This document shows positions 62,477 to 64,000 of a stretch of DNA of 64,000 nt, one piece after another. Every line of letters begins with the position of its first letter. Positions within the stretch are counted from its first letter, which is position 1. Both the position numbers and the translations under genes were made by a program. Source of the DNA: Cyanophyceae cyanobacterium (GTDB lineage Bacteria > Cyanobacteriota > Cyanobacteriia > Cyanobacteriales > Laspinemataceae); assembly GCA_038321985.1 (NCBI GenBank), contig JBBQFN010000002.1, forward strand, positions 288,001 through 352,000, written 5' to 3'. The notes below the pieces were generated by a model, which did not search any database, was not told where the DNA came from, and worked only from the letters and a program-made list of their open reading frames with translations.

Positions 62477-63034
62477 ATGAAAGAATTGAAAAAATGGAAA
62501 CGGTTGCGATCGCACCTAGTCTTTGATAATCAATGGTGCAAAGTTCGCCGAGATGAAATCGAACTGCCGACAGGAGAAATCATTGATGATTTTTTTGTGA
62601 ATGTGCGTCCCGATATTGCCCTAGTGGTTCCCGTTACCACCCATCAAGAAATCGTGTTTGTGCGACAATATCGACATGGAGTCGGGGAAATTTTGTTGGA
62701 ATTGCCTGCGGGTGCGTTCAATCCGGATACCGAGGTAGCAGAAGAAGCAGCAACCCGAGAGATGACGGAAGAAACAGGTTACAGTTGCGATCGCCTCCAA
62801 AAATTAGCCACCCTCTATGATAACCCCGTCAAAGATACCAATAGCATTCACATCTTCTTAGCAGAGAATGCCCAAAATACCGGCCAACAATGCTTAGATA
62901 TCACCGAACAGATAGAAGTAGTCTTAATCCCAATTGATGCCGTCATGGAGAAAATTACCCAGGGACAAATCTGCGTATCAGGAAGCGTCGCCGCCTTATT
63001 TTTGACCTTAAATTACTTAAAAACAGCCCAATAA
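62477..63034 (+). CDS. NUDIX hydrolase, ADP-ribose pyrophosphatase-like
   Basis: VRQYR, ELPAG..E.....[12 protein letters not shown], Pro 16 residues after the terminal Gly of the Nudix box. Confidence 0.88.
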   Translation: MKELKKWKRLRSHLVFDNQWCKVRRDEIELPTGEIIDDFFVNVRPDIALVVPVTTHQEIVFVRQYRHGVGEILLELPAGAFNPDTEVAEEAATREMTEETGYSCDRLQKLATLYDNPVKDTNSIHIFLAENAQNTGQQCLDITEQIEVVLIPIDAVMEKITQGQICVSGSVAALFLTLNYLKTAQ

Positions 63035-63148
63035 ATAAAACTCAAACCCAACCCCACAAAAAATCTAGTCAGATAAATTCGATGTAGGGGGTTTAAACCC
63101 TAGCCTTGTCAAGGTGATAGATTTGATAACGAAAAATCGTTATTTCAC

Positions 63149-63206
63149 GTAGGGGCGCAATGCTTTCGCCCAATTCAAATTCAGGGCGAAAGCATTTCGC
63201 CCCTAC
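63149..63206. repeat. REP doublet (REPIN-like) of the GTAGGGGCG family
   Basis: Two inverted 23-bp units (22/23 identical) GTAGGGGCGCAATGCTTTCGCCC separated by 12 nt. Confidence 0.8.
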
Positions 63207-63254
63207 AAATACACCGTGACAGGGCCAGTTTAAACGATTGGCGATCGGTTGTCA

Positions 63255-63749
63255 CTACCAACCCCAACTGCCGGGAATTCCCTTAAAAGGTCCAACAATA
63301 TCCGAAGTAATCCAACCCCCATAAAACCCTCCCGGTTGAGGTTGGACTTCTTCCCCATCCACATAGCAAACATCCATCACTTCCGGATAGAATGCCACAT
63401 AATCTTTAATCCCCTCAAACTCAGGAGTAGGACTGGCATAAAACCACCCACAATTGGGCGCTTGTTTTTCTTTAACCGTCACCGTGTAATATCCCGCCGA
63501 CCCTTTCCACTCGCAGAAACTACTCCGGGGAGTTTGACTGAGATATTCCATTTTGATATCTTCAGGGGGAATATAATAAACTGGGGGATGACTGGTTTCT
63601 AAGACTCGTTTGGCGTGGTGAGTATCCGCGATGATTTCGCCATTAAAGATAATTTGGATATGTTTAGAGACATCTTCTAAACGAGGAGGACGGGGGAAAT
63701 CCCAGACCGATTCTTGTCCAGGACCAGGTTCAATTCGTTGTGAGTACAT
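63255..63749 (-). CDS. DUF427 domain protein
   Basis: ESVWDFPRPP, VLETSHPPVYYIP, SFCEWKG, QPGGFYGGWIT. Confidence 0.9.
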   Translation of the reverse strand: MYSQRIEPGPGQESVWDFPRPPRLEDVSKHIQIIFNGEIIADTHHAKRVLETSHPPVYYIPPEDIKMEYLSQTPRSSFCEWKGSAGYYTVTVKEKQAPNCGWFYASPTPEFEGIKDYVAFYPEVMDVCYVDGEEVQPQPGGFYGGWITSDIVGPFKGIPGSWGW

Positions 63750-63864
63750 GAGGAGTTAAGAGATGATATAGGTTAGAAATAGGTTAGCATAAAATGAGGA
63801 GCTTTTGTAATCAATACCCGCCATATATTAGGATGGTGGGACTACATAAACGATGAGTTTCCTC

Positions 63865-63894
63865 TTGACAAACCAATTAAAAGTCGGCTATAGT
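63865..63894 (+). promoter_or_regulatory. sigma70-like promoter for a gene beyond the right edge
   Basis: TTGACA-N18-TATAGT. Confidence 0.45.
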
Positions 63895-64000
63895 TGATGA
63901 ACTGGCTTTAATTCCGTAAAAATTTAATCTTCCCTAAGTTTAATTTAACAGCCTATACAATATTAATAAGAACCTTTTTTATTAAAGATGAGCTGCACAG

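Larger units (their letters stand above)
1..64000. repeat. HIP1 octamer GCGATCGC highly iterated throughout the window
   Basis: GCGATCGC occurs very frequently in coding and intergenic DNA (e.g. 151, 268, 721, 1218, 2563), a hallmark of many cyanobacterial genomes. Confidence 0.95.

Noticed and set aside
1..64000. tRNA, rRNA, tmRNA, RNase P, SRP RNA, CRISPR arrays, intact transposases
   Set aside because: No diagnostic motifs or repeat-spacer structure seen by eye; an Infernal/tRNAscan run would be needed to exclude divergent RNAs

Overview
This is a chromosomal window from a cyanobacterium: dense GCGATCGC HIP1 octamers, cmpABCD, hli, desA, ntrC and ccb1. The gene content and intergenic repeats suggest a filamentous Oscillatoriales-type organism (inference). 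Most of it is housekeeping and signalling: glgX, ccb1-DUF3155-hik2, sbcC, a 3-GAF histidine kinase, the BCT1 bicarbonate transporter cmpABCD, an SSB paralog, a mannose-1-phosphate guanylyltransferase/phosphomannomutase-like fusion, cbiJ, a sugar ABC ATPase, an HLIP missing from the ORF track, sigA, thrC, desA and ntrC. I saw no tRNA, rRNA, CRISPR array or intact transposase. The most notable signals are: (1) four GTA-N8-TAC NtcA-type sites, two in activating promoter geometry (before a 70-aa membrane protein and the GAF kinase) and one in repressing geometry (DUF3155 gene); (2) a perfect Zur/Fur 7-1-7 box over the ntrC promoter; (3) a FecR-domain + CHASE2 adenylate cyclase operon near a membrane pseudokinase; (4) a cyanobacteriochrome-like GAF lacking the canonical Cys; (5) a head-to-head macrodomain/ADP-ribose NUDIX pair; (6) two candidate structured RNAs; (7) a heavily deleted FHA-CHAT pseudogene; and (8) a MITE with a 5-bp target duplication plus several GTAG REP families. 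All family calls come from motif recognition by eye; no database search was run.
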